A DNA stretch of 64,000 bases, taken from Vampirovibrionaceae bacterium NZW_1234 (lineage in GTDB: Bacteria > Cyanobacteriota > Vampirovibrionia > Vampirovibrionales > JAGQHJ01). The position numbers and the translations under genes are program-made. Each line of letters opens with the position of its first letter. Within the stretch, counting starts at the first letter, position 1. Shown one piece after another: positions 1-10,315 of this stretch. Location of the stretch: assembly GCA_041697335.1 (NCBI GenBank), contig JBGUGD010000007.1:151976-215975 (forward strand), written 5' to 3'. The notes beneath the pieces were generated by a model. That model saw only the letters and a list, made by a program, of their open reading frames with translations. It was not told the origin of the DNA and made no database searches.

Positions 1-33
1 TTTGTGGCTGATTGAGGGTGGAGAATTTGAGTT

Positions 34-53
34 GCAAATAAGAATCATTCTCA
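34..53. promoter_or_regulatory. Fur-box-like operator (probably for a gene beyond the left edge)
   Basis: GCAAATAAGAATCATTCTC (34-52) matches GATAATGATAATCATTATC at 14/19; near-perfect 7-1-7 inverted repeat TAAGAAT-C-ATTCTCA (39-53). Confidence 0.5.
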
Positions 54-152
54 ATAAGCCTGGGTCCACCGTAAGAGAAAAGTACTATGTATGTCAAGTC
101 AAAGAAAAATCGGGCTACTGTCGGTTTTATATACTTTTCTCTGCCAAAACCT

Positions 153-1850
153 TTAATTTGTAGGTTTCGATTGGATACCAAGTCGCTTTACTTCTCGATA
201 CAAAGCACTTCGGGTTAAACCGGAGTCTTCAATCATATTATTGATGCGGTAGTCATGACGCTTGAGCAATTGTTCCAAATAGGATTTTGAAGCTAGATCG
301 ACAACGGTTGTCAGTGGCTTCGTATCCAAATGCTCGACAGCCTGCTTTAATGATTCAAGCCTTGCTTCAATGGGTGGAATAGGGATAGCCGGATCTGCCT
401 GGAGAGCATTTGTTTTACCTTTCAGTTCGGTTGGGAGGCCGATACCCAATCGTGACAACTCCCGATAAAAGGTCATCACAGCCAATCCTGATTTTGTAGC
501 TGCCTTTGGGACCTTAAAGTCGTTTTGCTTCAAGGCATGAAGCAGATAGGTTTTTGCCACAAGGTCTCTTAAGGGAGGCAAGGGGCCATCGATGAATTCG
601 CTGACCGCATGATGGAGTTGCTCTTCGGTGTCGGCAGGAGCCGCTTCATCTTGAGAACGATTGATACGGAGTAAATCCAAGCGGACCTTGTCATCCCACA
701 GCCCCATATTCTTCGCCGTTGCGGTAATCACGCCGCCGCACAGCTGGTGACGTTGTTGAAGCACCGTTTGATAGACCAGGGCATGAAGTTTATCCCAGGT
801 CAGGTCACCAAAGGCGGCAAGGACCTGCGCGAGAACACCATTACGAGTATCTGGGGTCAAATTATCTAAATTCATCGGTTTTGCTGAAGGCGGGCTTATT
901 CCCAGATCAGTGGCCTGGATTGCGGATTCTTCTCCATTAATCACTGCGCGTTCAATCACGTTCTCCAATTCGCGAATATTGCCTGGCCATGGAGCATTTT
1001 TTAAAGTATGGAGGGCCTCTTCAGAAAACCCACCCGGAAAGGGCTTCCCATATCTTTCGCTGAATTTTGCCAGAAAGTGGTTTGCCAACAGCGGAATATC
1101 TTCCTGGCGCTCTCGTAACGGGGGCACCCGAATGGGAAACACATTGAGTCGGAAGAACAAGTCATCGCGAAACTTTTTTTCGTCGACCATTTTGGGGAGA
1201 TCCTGCTTGGTGGCCGTGATGACGCGAACATCAACGGGGATTTCATCGTTACCCCCCACCCGTTTGATGGTTCGCTCCTGAAGTGTGCGCAGCAGATCCG
1301 ATTGACACTTGGTCGACATATCACCCACTTCGTCGAGAAACAATGTTCCACCTGAAGCTTGCTCAAAGATGCCAATACGTTGGCCCGCTGCACCACTGAA
1401 GGAGCCTTTCTCATGGCCAAACAGCTCCGATTCTAAAAGACCTTCCGGGAACGCTGCACAATTCAGGGCTTTCAGCTTTTTACGCGGGCTTAATCCATGA
1501 ATGGCTTTTGCAACCAGTTCTTTACCTGTCCCTGTTTCACCGAGGATGAGTATCGTGGCCGTGGTTGGAGCCACTTTCTGTATTGTTTTGCGGACCTGCT
1601 GCATGGCCGGGCTGGTGCCGATGAGAAAGCGGTCCAGATTGGCTGGAGTAATTTCCTGCGTTTTTATGGATACGCTTTGAAGCGGCTCGTTTCCGGTAAA
1701 CCGGAATGAAGCTGAATAGAAATATGTGGCGGTAGATTGAGGCTTTTGATCTCGATAATGGGTACGGCTTGCACTTGTGTAAAACGACTGAGGCACATAA
1801 CTATGCCCTAGTGTGCTATATGAACCAAGTCGCATCATTACCGAACCCAT
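153..1850 (-). CDS. Sigma-54-interacting AAA+ enhancer-binding protein (NtrC/Fis-like) lacking a receiver domain, with repeated C-terminal Fis-like HTH segments
   Basis: Walker [24 protein letters not shown] (GAFTGA variant), Walker [30 protein letters not shown]-terminal leader ending FRFTG. Confidence 0.9.
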   Translation of the reverse strand: MGSVMMRLGSYSTLGHSYVPQSFYTSASRTHYRDQKPQSTATYFYSASFRFTGNEPLQSVSIKTQEITPANLDRFLIGTSPAMQQVRKTIQKVAPTTATILILGETGTGKELVAKAIHGLSPRKKLKALNCAAFPEGLLESELFGHEKGSFSGAAGQRIGIFEQASGGTLFLDEVGDMSTKCQSDLLRTLQERTIKRVGGNDEIPVDVRVITATKQDLPKMVDEKKFRDDLFFRLNVFPIRVPPLRERQEDIPLLANHFLAKFSERYGKPFPGGFSEEALHTLKNAPWPGNIRELENVIERAVINGEESAIQATDLGISPPSAKPMNLDNLTPDTRNGVLAQVLAAFGDLTWDKLHALVYQTVLQQRHQLCGGVITATAKNMGLWDDKVRLDLLRINRSQDEAAPADTEEQLHHAVSEFIDGPLPPLRDLVAKTYLLHALKQNDFKVPKAATKSGLAVMTFYRELSRLGIGLPTELKGKTNALQADPAIPIPPIEARLESLKQAVEHLDTKPLTTVVDLASKSYLEQLLKRHDYRINNMIEDSGLTRSALYREVKRLGIQSKPTN

Positions 1851-2195
1851 CTATGAATCGCTCATTCGGGGGATTAGTTAGTGTCAGCGCTTTGAAACAG
1901 AGGCCTTACCGTCCCCAACCAATTCCATTGTATGTAAGTCATCACGGCGACTTCAAGCTTAGGTTTTAAAACTGTTACAATATTGAACTAAATTTGAAGG
2001 TCTAAATGATAATTGAGATCGTAACCGTTAAAGCCTGAAGTGGTTATTCTGTTTAAGTTCGGAACAATTTCTGTTGGGGCCACCCAGTATTGATTTACTC
2101 TAAAGATCACGCCTTCTGCTTTACGGTAGAAGATGCCCCTTATTATTTTGATAAGCGGGTTCGTATCCTATAGTAGGCTATGCCCAATTCGCTTT

Positions 2196-2813
2196 TTAAG
2201 CCATCCAGAAGGGTTGTGGATTGATTTGGGCGTTCGGTACAACAACGCGTATGGCATCGGTTGCAAGAGGGCCTGCCGGGGTGGTGATATTTTTGTAGGA
2301 ATCGATGTACGAATCGAGGACCCCTTTGGCTTCGAAGGTTGGGACGTAAATATCAACGCCGCCTTGAGCCCCTTTGACTGTTAGTCCCGGAACCAATGGG
2401 ACTGCGGGTCTTTCCTGAACTCCCATAACGAGATGGCGCAAATTATTGGCCGATAAAAACTTTTCAACGGCCCCACGAGCCGACAAGATGGCCGGATCAA
2501 TCCCTCGGGAATACATCGGTTGGCTCACCGGCATATAAGACGCATAACTTTGCTGGAATGCCGGGTTCGGGAGGGCCGGTGGAGCATTAAATGCTGTGCT
2601 TGTGTATGCGGCTTGGCTTGGGGGGAACATATTTTGCATCGGCTGAGCTGCTGCATAGGCCGATGGAAAGCTTGGTGTCGGCAGGGCCGGTGGAACAAAA
2701 GCGGGTGGATTATTAAACGCATTTTGCTGAGCGGCGTATGGCGACATTTGCGGATTCAATGCATTTTGTTGTTGCATCATTGGATTGGGTAATACTGGAG
2801 AGAGGCTGTACAT
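2196..2813 (-). CDS. Hypothetical protein with Pro/Gln/Ala-rich repetitive N-terminus
   Basis: 205 aa ORF with GGAG upstream of ATG; repeated AFN..PPALP.P.F unit; globular-looking C-terminal half. Confidence 0.7.
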   Translation of the reverse strand: MYSLSPVLPNPMMQQQNALNPQMSPYAAQQNAFNNPPAFVPPALPTPSFPSAYAAAQPMQNMFPPSQAAYTSTAFNAPPALPNPAFQQSYASYMPVSQPMYSRGIDPAILSARGAVEKFLSANNLRHLVMGVQERPAVPLVPGLTVKGAQGGVDIYVPTFEAKGVLDSYIDSYKNITTPAGPLATDAIRVVVPNAQINPQPFWMA

Positions 2814-3398
2814 GTTCCGAAAACTCCCAGGCCATTAGTAAACTAGACTGTACCCCATATAAACCCCCACGTCTTCTAAAATTGTCATAAGGATGAATTT
2901 TTGTTGCAATATTCTGAAATGTTCCAATATAACAGAGGGTTTGAGCTGTTTACGACTCAAAAGCCCTCAGTCTTTCATTAAGATTGAGGGCGTCGTGGTT
3001 GTGTTTTCAGGGATGGAAAGGGTTATGGCCGAGATTCCAAAATCAATTGGCCATAAGTCTCTAACCACTGAACAAGTTGTGTAAGTGCACTTCTCATTGC
3101 CGTAGCTCCTTTTGTTTACTGTGTGAGCCTATGATAAAAGGGATACGGCAATCAGAAATCAACTGTTCACAGTATTTGGCCATGCGGTTGAGTTGTCAAG
3201 GTTGTCAGCCTAGAACAGATGCTTTTCTCTCAGTATTTAAAAATATTTTCAGGATTCATTTTGCTCAATGCTAGACCAGTTTCGTGTTTTATCGAAAGAG
3301 ATGTGAATGTTCGATTTCGAGGATCGAACGCATGAATCCATAAGCGTCGGGGTGGTTCTGTATGGAGAGTCTGTTGCTCGAATTCGTCTCGAATTCGA

Positions 3399-3475
3399 GC
3401 CTCGTTTTTTCGGAGGATTTACGCTATGCTGAAGTCCCAATATTCACGTATTGATCTGTCTCGATAAGATCAAAA
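3399..3475 (+). repeat. Direct repeat copy 1 (about 75 bp)
   Basis: GCCTCGTTTTTTCGGAGGATTTACGCTATGCTGAAGTCCCAATATTCACGTATTGATCTGTCTCGATAAGATCAAAA, near-identical to 4317-4390. Confidence 0.95.
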
Positions 3476-3522
3476 AGTTACGAAAATTGGTGATCAGAAA
3501 CGCCCAGGAGTCATGTCATCAA

Positions 3523-4224
3523 ATGTTTTCGTTTTTGAAACGCTCGAAGCTTAGCCCAGAAGAGCCAGATGGCCATTACGACATAGAAGGGATTCGTTTA
3601 TATCGTGATGGTTTTAATCTCTCGTGGCTTGTGGAACTCAATGTTCAGCCTGAGGTTATTGTTGATGTTGGGAGTTATGATGGTGGGGACGCCATTCGTT
3701 TCAAGCTTGCCTATCCAACCGCTAGGGTTGTGGCTATTGAGGCTGATCCAGATAGAGCTCCAATTGTTCGCTCTAATGCTGAGCAACATGGCGTAGTAGT
3801 AATCGAAGCTGCAGCGTTTAAAATAGATGGCTCAATTCCTTGGTATCAGGCCACTATAAACGGCTTAGTCCATGCACAGGGCTCTGCTTATCTACAAACT
3901 GATGAGATGAATGAGAGATATCCTCATGTATGTCAGAAAACTGTTCCGAGGACTGTTCCTGCTGTAAGGCTGGATTCTATATTCTCGCATATTGACGTTC
4001 TGCACGTTGATGCTCAAGGTTCTGAATACGATGTATTGATTGGCTTAGGAGATATACGCCCTGCTATTGTATTCCTTGAAACTATGGACGGTTGGGTTGG
4101 AGCCAAAAGCGTTAAAGAACTCTGTAGTTTAATGCAAAATCTAGGCTATGTCCTTGGAAGAGATTTAGTTTCTGATCGTCTGTATATTAGAAAGAATCTT
4201 TTCTTACGATGGCCCTGGATATAA
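3523..4224 (+). CDS. FkbM-family SAM-dependent methyltransferase
   Basis: IVDVGSYDG, VVAIEAD, IDVLHVDAQGSEYDVL motifs; ATG 3523 follows AGGAG. Confidence 0.85.
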   Translation: MFSFLKRSKLSPEEPDGHYDIEGIRLYRDGFNLSWLVELNVQPEVIVDVGSYDGGDAIRFKLAYPTARVVAIEADPDRAPIVRSNAEQHGVVVIEAAAFKIDGSIPWYQATINGLVHAQGSAYLQTDEMNERYPHVCQKTVPRTVPAVRLDSIFSHIDVLHVDAQGSEYDVLIGLGDIRPAIVFLETMDGWVGAKSVKELCSLMQNLGYVLGRDLVSDRLYIRKNLFLRWPWI

Positions 4225-4316
4225 TGTAATTAATGAATTTTGCTTTTGATAATTTGACTAACTTACTCTGATGGTAGATGAAATCTCTTGCAATGCAAAT
4301 TTAACCCTCGAGTCGC

Positions 4317-4390
4317 GCCTCGTTTTTTCGGAGGATTTACGGTATGCTGAAGTCCCAATATTCAATATTGATCTGTCTCGTAAGATAAAA
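4317..4390 (+). repeat. Direct repeat copy 2 (tpx promoter/5' UTR region)
   Basis: Near-identical to 3399-3475; contains TATGCT (-10-like) and runs into the AAGGAG RBS of tpx. Confidence 0.95.
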
Positions 4391-4403
4391 GGAGTGTACT
4401 ACA

Positions 4404-4934
4404 ATGAGCGAACAAGAACGCCAAGGGGTGATTACCTTTAAAGGCAATCCGTTAACCTTGATTGGGCCGGAAATCAATGTGGGGGACCAGGCTCCCGATT
4501 TTACCGTATTGGCCAACGACCTGTCTCCCGTGACGCTTGAAAGCACGAAAGGCAAAACCCGACTCATCGTCACTGTTCCTTCTCTGGATACTCCGGTGTG
4601 CGATACCGAAGTCCGCCGCTTTAACCAGGAAGCCTCTCAGTTGTCCAATACCGAAGTTTTGGTTATCAGCATGGACTTGCCTTTTGCCCAAACCCGCTGG
4701 TGTGGTGCTGCTGGAATCAGCAACGTTAAAACCCTGTCCGATCACCGGGACGCTTCTTTTAGCAAAAACTTCGGCGTTCTGATCAAGGAGCTCAAGTTGA
4801 CTGCTCGGGCTATTTTTGTTTTAGATGCCAACAATAAAGTGGTTTATAAGGAAATTGTTTCCGAAGTAACCCAAGAGCCTAACTATGAAGCGGCTTTAAA
4901 GGCGGCTTCCGCTCAGCCTGTTGGCGCTCGTTAA
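4404..4934 (+). CDS. tpx: Thiol peroxidase (atypical 2-Cys peroxiredoxin)
   Basis: [46 protein letters not shown]. Confidence 0.95.
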   Translation: MSEQERQGVITFKGNPLTLIGPEINVGDQAPDFTVLANDLSPVTLESTKGKTRLIVTVPSLDTPVCDTEVRRFNQEASQLSNTEVLVISMDLPFAQTRWCGAAGISNVKTLSDHRDASFSKNFGVLIKELKLTARAIFVLDANNKVVYKEIVSEVTQEPNYEAALKAASAQPVGAR

Positions 4935-4960
4935 TCAAACGCCTGATTTGTAGGACCCTT

Positions 4961-4994
4961 AACCCCCTTGGGCATTTTGTCCAAGGGGGTTTTT
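4961..4994 (+). terminator. Intrinsic terminator after tpx
   Basis: AACCCCCTTGG...CCAAGGGGGTT stem followed by T-rich tract. Confidence 0.85.
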
Positions 4995-5170
4995 GTTTAT
5001 TTATAAACGTAACCCTAAAGGATGGACTAAAACTTGTTGAGTCGAGCGCAACATTTTTTTCCTTCAGTGGCCTTAATTTGATTAATCCGAATTGATCCCT
5101 TTTCAATCCGGTTTGTTTCTCCTTTAATCATCCAATGAACATATCTTGAGGAACGGTGGGTATAATCTGA

Positions 5171-7516
5171 ATGGGTATAATTACGTTTCAAAATTTAAAT
5201 GTCGGCGCGTTGCTTGCTCAGAAGTCTAAGAGAGCCTCAACGCAACGAGGCACCCCAACAGAGGCCCCCATTAACAGGCGTTTGGGGGCGTTTGCAACGT
5301 CTTCCTCTATTTCCCCTCAAAACTGGAGAGCCTACAAGCTCCAGGTACCCCGGTTTGGACGCCACTTGACCCAAGGGGATCGCAATCATTTGCAGTATTT
5401 AGGTGCACATTACCTTGGCAATAATCGGGCCGTTTTTCGGGTTTTTGCTCCTGCTGCCAAACAAATGCAGCTTCAACTGACATCTTCCAGTCATCACGGG
5501 GCCTACTATGATCCAGTGGCTCCCGATGATACGCGAACACTCCCGATGAAACCTCATCCGAGAGACCCTCGGGTCTTTGAAATTGAAGTGGATCAGGTGG
5601 TGCCGGGCCACTTGTATCGGTTTGTTCTTGAGGCAGATCAATCCCGTCGGTACTTGAAAGATCCCAGATCGCAGTTTCAACCCAATGATACGTTTGGTTG
5701 GTCGCAACTGATCGATCATGGGGCTTTTCAATGGACTGATTCTCAATGGAAATCTCCATTTTCCCATCGCAATGACTCTGGTCAGTCAGGAATTCCACCC
5801 GGTATGGTGATGGCGGAACTCCATCTGGCGACCTTGGGGGGATATGATGCTGCTAAAAAAGAAATTGATCGACTTGCGGCAGAAGGTGTCTGTAATACGG
5901 TTGAGATTATGCCAATCGGAGAAGGCTATGGCAAGCTGGGGTGGGGGTTTGATGAGGTGGATAAATTTGCCCCTGAAAGTGGTTTAGGGAGTCCGGAAGC
6001 CTTCAAATCACTGGTGGATTACAGTCATAAAAAGGGTTTAAGTGTTGTTTTGCATGTCGTTCCCAATCACTTTGGACCCTATGGGAATGTCGTTCATGAG
6101 TTTGGTGAAGCCTTGGCCTCCAAGGATACGGGGTGGGGCCGTCGGCTGAATTTTGACAGCCATAATCGTGACTATATGCGTGATTACATGGTTGACATGA
6201 TGATGAACTGGGTCGTGAATTATCATGTGGATGGATTTCGCATGGATGCGTTGCAAGAGGTGGATTCCGATCAGGCGATGAAACTGATGACCTCCGAATT
6301 GCGAAGTCATCCCGAGACGTCGAAGACAATCCTGATCGCCGAAAGTATGACCAAATCCAAGCGTCTTACGGCACCTCTGGAAGCTCATTTTATTAACAAT
6401 CCCGAAGATGAAGTCAACAAGGCCCAAGCATGTTCTACAGCGCTTCTAAAACAAGGTTATGATGCGCAAGAGATTTTTGATTTTCGAAGTGTCGTGACTG
6501 CTTTGGCGATGGATTGGACCATCTACGACTGTTCCCCGAGTATTGATGACTTGGCGACAGTATTTCGTCAAGGACAGCGCTACTTTGAACCTTATGGTCA
6601 GCATTTACCAACACCACCAGGGTCAAACAATGTGATCTATGTCAGTGCCCACGACGAGAACGATACGTTCGGGGGAACAAGGCTAGTGCCTCGCTTAATT
6701 GCGACTCGGTTAGGTCTGACCCCGGATCGACAGTTGACAGATGCCCATAAGCTTAACAAGAAGCCGTTTCGAGATGTATTACCCCTTTTAAAACTGTATC
6801 TTCAGCCTAATATGACAGAACAGCAATGGAACCAACAGACGGGTGCTCTGGGGTTATCGTTTCAGGTTCCATTGAGTCGGTTTGCTCAGGCCTATCATGA
6901 GGCAAAAGCGCTTAATCGTTTAACCATGGGGACAATGTTTGTCCATCCTGGACAGAAACGTGTCTTTATGGGCGATCAGCGAGGTGAACTGGCACCTTTT
7001 AATTTTAATGGCGAATATCCACCAGATGCGAAACATGGGGATAAACCTCTGGCAGATTATGTTTCCGAGCAAAAAGGGTATCGACTGGGCCATGAGGCCT
7101 ATGCTCAATCTTTGCTGGATCAACCCGAACTGACCGATCCGATTTGGCAGCGCCAAATGCTTTTATATAGTCAAGATTTGGCGAGATTGCTTCGTACGAA
7201 CAAAGCTCTGAATAATGGGAGCTTCACAAACCTTAAAACCGCTGTGAATCAGCAGCATAAGTTGTTGTTTGTTCATCGCTGGCAGGATAACCATGAGGTG
7301 ATCGCTGTGATGAACTATGGAGAAAAGGACTTGCAGAATTTTTCTCTCAATAGCTTTGGCATTTTTCCTCAAGGAACTTGGGAAGAGGTCTTAAACAGCA
7401 ACGAGGCCAAGTATGGGGGAGACGGCCAGAACGTGAACGGTGCAAAAGGTATTACTCAACAACAATCTCAAGTGTCGGTTCCTCGACATAGTCTTTTAAT
7501 TTTTCAAAAGCGATAA
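5171..7516 (+). CDS. GH13 alpha-amylase-family glycoside hydrolase (TreZ/branching-enzyme-like, N-terminal CBM48-like domain)
   Basis: FRVFAPAA, DPRS.FQP, VVPNHFGP, catalytic DGFRMDA / LIAE / HDE, C-terminal WEEVLNS...YGG; leader ending PRFG. Confidence 0.85.
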   Translation: MGIITFQNLNVGALLAQKSKRASTQRGTPTEAPINRRLGAFATSSSISPQNWRAYKLQVPRFGRHLTQGDRNHLQYLGAHYLGNNRAVFRVFAPAAKQMQLQLTSSSHHGAYYDPVAPDDTRTLPMKPHPRDPRVFEIEVDQVVPGHLYRFVLEADQSRRYLKDPRSQFQPNDTFGWSQLIDHGAFQWTDSQWKSPFSHRNDSGQSGIPPGMVMAELHLATLGGYDAAKKEIDRLAAEGVCNTVEIMPIGEGYGKLGWGFDEVDKFAPESGLGSPEAFKSLVDYSHKKGLSVVLHVVPNHFGPYGNVVHEFGEALASKDTGWGRRLNFDSHNRDYMRDYMVDMMMNWVVNYHVDGFRMDALQEVDSDQAMKLMTSELRSHPETSKTILIAESMTKSKRLTAPLEAHFINNPEDEVNKAQACSTALLKQGYDAQEIFDFRSVVTALAMDWTIYDCSPSIDDLATVFRQGQRYFEPYGQHLPTPPGSNNVIYVSAHDENDTFGGTRLVPRLIATRLGLTPDRQLTDAHKLNKKPFRDVLPLLKLYLQPNMTEQQWNQQTGALGLSFQVPLSRFAQAYHEAKALNRLTMGTMFVHPGQKRVFMGDQRGELAPFNFNGEYPPDAKHGDKPLADYVSEQKGYRLGHEAYAQSLLDQPELTDPIWQRQMLLYSQDLARLLRTNKALNNGSFTNLKTAVNQQHKLLFVHRWQDNHEVIAVMNYGEKDLQNFSLNSFGIFPQGTWEEVLNSNEAKYGGDGQNVNGAKGITQQQSQVSVPRHSLLIFQKR

Positions 7517-7622
7517 GGTGATTAAGAGAATCACATGAATTAATTAAGGCTATAGGACAAGTGTTTAGTATTCTTTTGTCATCCTTACGGGTACAGTAGA
7601 TGATGAGTCTCAGCCAAACTGA

Positions 7623-8555
7623 GTGGTCTACATGTACCGATTCTTTCAGAATTCTGCCTATTCAGGGGCGGATAATCGATTTACTCGCCAAATGCAATCC
7701 GGGCTAACCTTTCTAAAATTGTTGTACAAGAAAATCATGCGGGATGATTGTACCGGGTTGGCCAGCCAGATGGCCTATAACCTAATTATGTCATTGATCC
7801 CGGCACTGATTTTTTTAATCTCGCTTTTCGGAATCATTGGTCAACAGACCACTTTTTTGCCCTTATTGTTGAATAGCCTGGAAAAATTGGCTCCAGCACC
7901 TACATTCCTTCTTCTTAAACAGACCATTCTATCGATTGTGGAAACAAGTTCTACACAGCTAACAATTTTGGGGCTTATTTTCTCTCTGTGGTCTGCTGCA
8001 AGAGGCTTAGGAGTTTTGGTTAAAGGTTTGAGCCGTGCATTTGTCATTCGAAAACAGTTGACAAAGTTTTGGTATGTTCCTGCATTATCGCTCTTGTTAA
8101 TGGTTTCTTTCGGTGCCATGTTGATTTTCTCTGCCAATATGATTCTGTTTGGCGATTTGGCCATCTCGTGGTCGGGTCAATATTTTCAGCTTTCTGATGT
8201 GGTTTTAACACTTTTAAACTGGGGGCGTTGGGTGTTAACTGTAGTTGGCCTCGTCTTTTTCACCAGTTTCGTGTATGCACTCGTGTTGCGCCCAAAACGT
8301 CATGGGATGGCTTGGCGCCAGTCTTTGCCAGGAGCGACCGTTTTTGTAGCGTTATGGATCACGTTGTCCCTATTGTTTCGTATATATGGTGATAGAATGT
8401 ACCATTACAACCCTGTCTACGGATCGATGGGGGTATTTGTCGTCCTTTTGTTCTGGTTTTATCTGACTTCCCTGTTTTTGCTCGTGGGCGGGGAAATCAC
8501 AGCGATCATTGCTTTATACGTGGATAAAAAGTCTTTGAAATCGGAATTGTCGTGA
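7623..8555 (+). CDS. YihY/BrkB-family inner membrane protein
   Basis: LASQMAYN, multiple TM helices, YNPVYGSMG..VVLLFWFYL....LLVGGE; start may be ATG 7632. Confidence 0.9.
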   Translation: MVYMYRFFQNSAYSGADNRFTRQMQSGLTFLKLLYKKIMRDDCTGLASQMAYNLIMSLIPALIFLISLFGIIGQQTTFLPLLLNSLEKLAPAPTFLLLKQTILSIVETSSTQLTILGLIFSLWSAARGLGVLVKGLSRAFVIRKQLTKFWYVPALSLLLMVSFGAMLIFSANMILFGDLAISWSGQYFQLSDVVLTLLNWGRWVLTVVGLVFFTSFVYALVLRPKRHGMAWRQSLPGATVFVALWITLSLLFRIYGDRMYHYNPVYGSMGVFVVLLFWFYLTSLFLLVGGEITAIIALYVDKKSLKSELS

Positions 8556-8632
8556 TTAAATTGAACCAAGATATTGGAAACTTGAATATGCTGAAGCTGA
8601 AGTTAAATTCTCAGGTATTGTAGGGGTAGTTT

Positions 8633-9040
8633 GTGAGTATTGGTGAACTGGAAAAATCAGATTGGCAGGTTAACTCTGATCCGTTGGTTTACTCTGTAGA
8701 ATTGAGAGAAATGATTTGGGCGGATTTAATGGATCGGGTGGCCCAAAATTGTGATGTGGCATTGCGCCTGGTCACGTTATTTATTGAGAAATCCGGAGAA
8801 GATATGGCGCTTATTGCATTGGGTATCGAGTGTCAGGACCCGGATTTACTTAGGTTGTCGTCTCATGGGCTTATGGGAGCGACAAGTTACTTTTCCAAGG
8901 ACTTAGCCTACCCAACTCTGGCCAAATTAGAAGCGCTTGCGAGATCGGGTTCATTTGAGACTGCAGAAGACCTCTTGATGCAATTAAAACAAGAGATGAC
9001 ACTTCTGCTGACTCTTTTAAAATCTTTTGTATCATCCTAA
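8633..9040 (+). CDS. Hpt (histidine phosphotransfer) domain protein
   Basis: SHGLMGA matches H.LKG pattern; LAKLEALAR helical bundle; adjacent to response regulator. Confidence 0.75.
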   Translation: MSIGELEKSDWQVNSDPLVYSVELREMIWADLMDRVAQNCDVALRLVTLFIEKSGEDMALIALGIECQDPDLLRLSSHGLMGATSYFSKDLAYPTLAKLEALARSGSFETAEDLLMQLKQEMTLLLTLLKSFVSS

Positions 9041-9196
9041 TCAGTAAAGGGTATTGTTTTTGTAAGGCTCATTCTGGTTAAGCCTGCTTATTTGAGCTGT
9101 TTCCCACGGAGTAGCATCTATAAAAATCGTTTTCTTCATATGATAAAATGAATAAAATGTTGCAATCCCGTAATTTTCTTCAAATCCTTTACAATT

Positions 9197-9868
9197 ATGG
9201 AATTTTCGTCCAAAGGCCCGCCCACACCATTAAGGCTATTGATTGTTGATGATCATGAGTTTACACGAGCAGGACTCACTTACTCTCTTCAACAACGAGA
9301 AGGCATTGTCATCGTTGGCGAAAGTGAAAACGGTGAAGAAGCCATTCGCGCTGTAAACGATTTAAAGCCGGATGCCGTTCTCATGGATATTGTTATGCCT
9401 GTGATGGACGGGATTGCTGCAACACAAGCTATCAAGTCTGATCATCCAGATATTAAAGTTGTCATGTTGACCGCTATTGACTCTATTGATGAAATCCATG
9501 CTGCATTATCCGCTGGGGCTGATGCGTATTGTATGAAAGATATTCATCCTGGGCAGTTGCTTCAGGTTTTTAATGTTATTTTTGAGGGTACTATTTGGCT
9601 TGCGCCATCCATTGCCCGGAAAGTATTAATTGCTCTTTCTGAAAAACCAGAAGTACCTGCTTCCTCAAATACCACAGGCGAGTTGCGTCCTCGCGAGCTT
9701 GAGGTCCTGAAACTCATTTCTCAAGGGAGGAGCAATAAGGAAATTGCTCAGGAGTTGAATATCTCCGTTCCTACTGTTAAGGCCAATGTCAGCAGTTTGA
9801 TACAAAAATTATCTGTCTCGGACAGGACGCAGGCGGCCATAAAAGCCATTCAGGATGGCTTGGTATAA
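9197..9868 (+). CDS. NarL/FixJ-family response regulator (REC + LuxR HTH)
   Basis: LIVDDH, VLMDIVMP, RELEVLKLISQGRSNKEIA, DRTQAA. Confidence 0.95.
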   Translation: MEFSSKGPPTPLRLLIVDDHEFTRAGLTYSLQQREGIVIVGESENGEEAIRAVNDLKPDAVLMDIVMPVMDGIAATQAIKSDHPDIKVVMLTAIDSIDEIHAALSAGADAYCMKDIHPGQLLQVFNVIFEGTIWLAPSIARKVLIALSEKPEVPASSNTTGELRPRELEVLKLISQGRSNKEIAQELNISVPTVKANVSSLIQKLSVSDRTQAAIKAIQDGLV

Positions 9869-10315
9869 ATCGCTAGCAAAGATGAGTAGATGTAGAGAGG
9901 ACTAGTTCTTACGAGCGGTCTCTCTTTAGAGAAAAAATGACTCGCAAGAGCCCTGACCAAAACTCTGACCCGGTCGATTACTAGATTATTCATGACAGAA
10001 TCGTCAATATGATCTTTGTGCTTTCCTCCTCCTCGTGAAAAAAGTGGGCTATTGATGTCGCAAGGAGTGCATTGGCCGAGTGCCGGTGGTCACGGATGAC
10101 CTGAGAGGAGAGGTAGGGCAGGAAAGTCTGGCTAAAGGGTTTGACCCAGTATCGATCTACCAATTCAACACCGTATGGTTCAGGGTTTTACTAGCGGTAT
10201 TATTTGTTGGGTTCGTGTTTTTCGATATATTTGTTACAGTTGTAACTTTTGAATTGTCTTTCGAGTTCTTCTGTTTTATAGTTCATTTACCCGCACCTTA
10301 AGGAGAACTTTTTTC

